DNA of 32,000 nt, taken from assembly GCA_030688545.1 (NCBI GenBank), contig JAUYHT010000006.1, forward strand, positions 180,001 through 212,000, given 5' to 3'. The notes beneath the pieces are model-generated. The model was given only the letters and a program-made list of their open reading frames with translations, had not been told where the DNA came from and searched no databases. This DNA is from Candidatus Iainarchaeum sp. (GTDB taxonomy: Archaea; Iainarchaeota; Iainarchaeia; Iainarchaeales; VGJJ01). Below, one piece after another: positions 31,640 to 32,000 of the stretch. The translations under genes and the position numbers were made by a program. The first letter of the stretch is position 1. Every line of letters starts with the position of its first letter.

Positions 31640-31818
31640 GTTTTTTACCTCGTTTTTTAAATTATTTAGATATTATTTTCCGCTGATGATGCAGCGGAAG
31701 AGGGCGATGATCTTTGATCAGTCGATCACCCGGTGCTGGGCACACTAGTGAAATTCAGTTAACCCAACCCTCTTCTTCTTCGACTATAGGAGGAGGTCAT
31801 TCCCTCCGTGCTCATCTT

Positions 31819-32000
31819 CTATTCGATTCGACCGCCAACTTTGACAGCAGTTGCATCAAACAGGATGTTGAGCAGAACGCTCTCTCCCACGCCTTTCACA
31901 GCAGATTTGGCAAATACCACATCATTCGATAAGATTCCCGTTTCCACCACTAAAGCGGAAATGTTGTTCGAGTTTCCTTCTGTGCGAACTTCTTTGACCT
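31819..32000 (-). CDS. 3' end of an ORF entering from beyond the window (59 codons), unknown product
   Basis: Own translation: ..VKEVRTEGNSNNISALVVETGILSNDVVFAKSAVKGVGESVLLNILFDATAVKVGGRIE*. It is not in the track and no family is assigned with confidence. Confidence 0.3.
   Translation of the reverse strand, partial: VKEVRTEGNSNNISALVVETGILSNDVVFAKSAVKGVGESVLLNILFDATAVKVGGRIE

Overview
The window looks archaeal, probably from an uncultivated, DPANN-like lineage. Evidence: a GatD gene, class III (type IV pilin-like) signal peptides, an archaeosortase-family gene, and TATA boxes about 25-29 nt upstream of many ATGs, implying leaderless mRNAs. G+C is about 50%. The main block is a compact type IV pilus-like locus (4414-11741): secretion ATPase, a Lys/Arg-rich protein, an oversized FlaJ/TadC-like platform, three pilin-like genes and a 54-aa class III signal-peptide ORF missing from the ORF track. 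Also present: a partial surface protein at the left edge (also missing from the track), two Cys-patterned repeat exoproteins, redox and housekeeping genes (SDR, ABC-F, Bcp, IscA, LigT, GatD, thioredoxin-like, pirin, DUF1624, DUF1428), one tRNA-Asp(GTC), and two inverted paralogous YqjD/YqjE-like cassettes bracketing cargo that includes an AT-rich islet. The most unusual signal is non-coding: a family of 59-nt modules resembling a T-arm-less derivative of the local tRNA-Asp. They form a dimeric ~160-nt element at two loci (1558-1714 and 11291-11457, the latter starting inside the stop codon of a pilin gene). A fragment also overlaps the 5' end of tRNA-Asp, and the first locus lies in an ~800-bp ORF-free mosaic of palindromic T-run hairpins and 102-nt direct repeats (1557-2363). 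All family calls come from reading motifs by eye; no searches were run.
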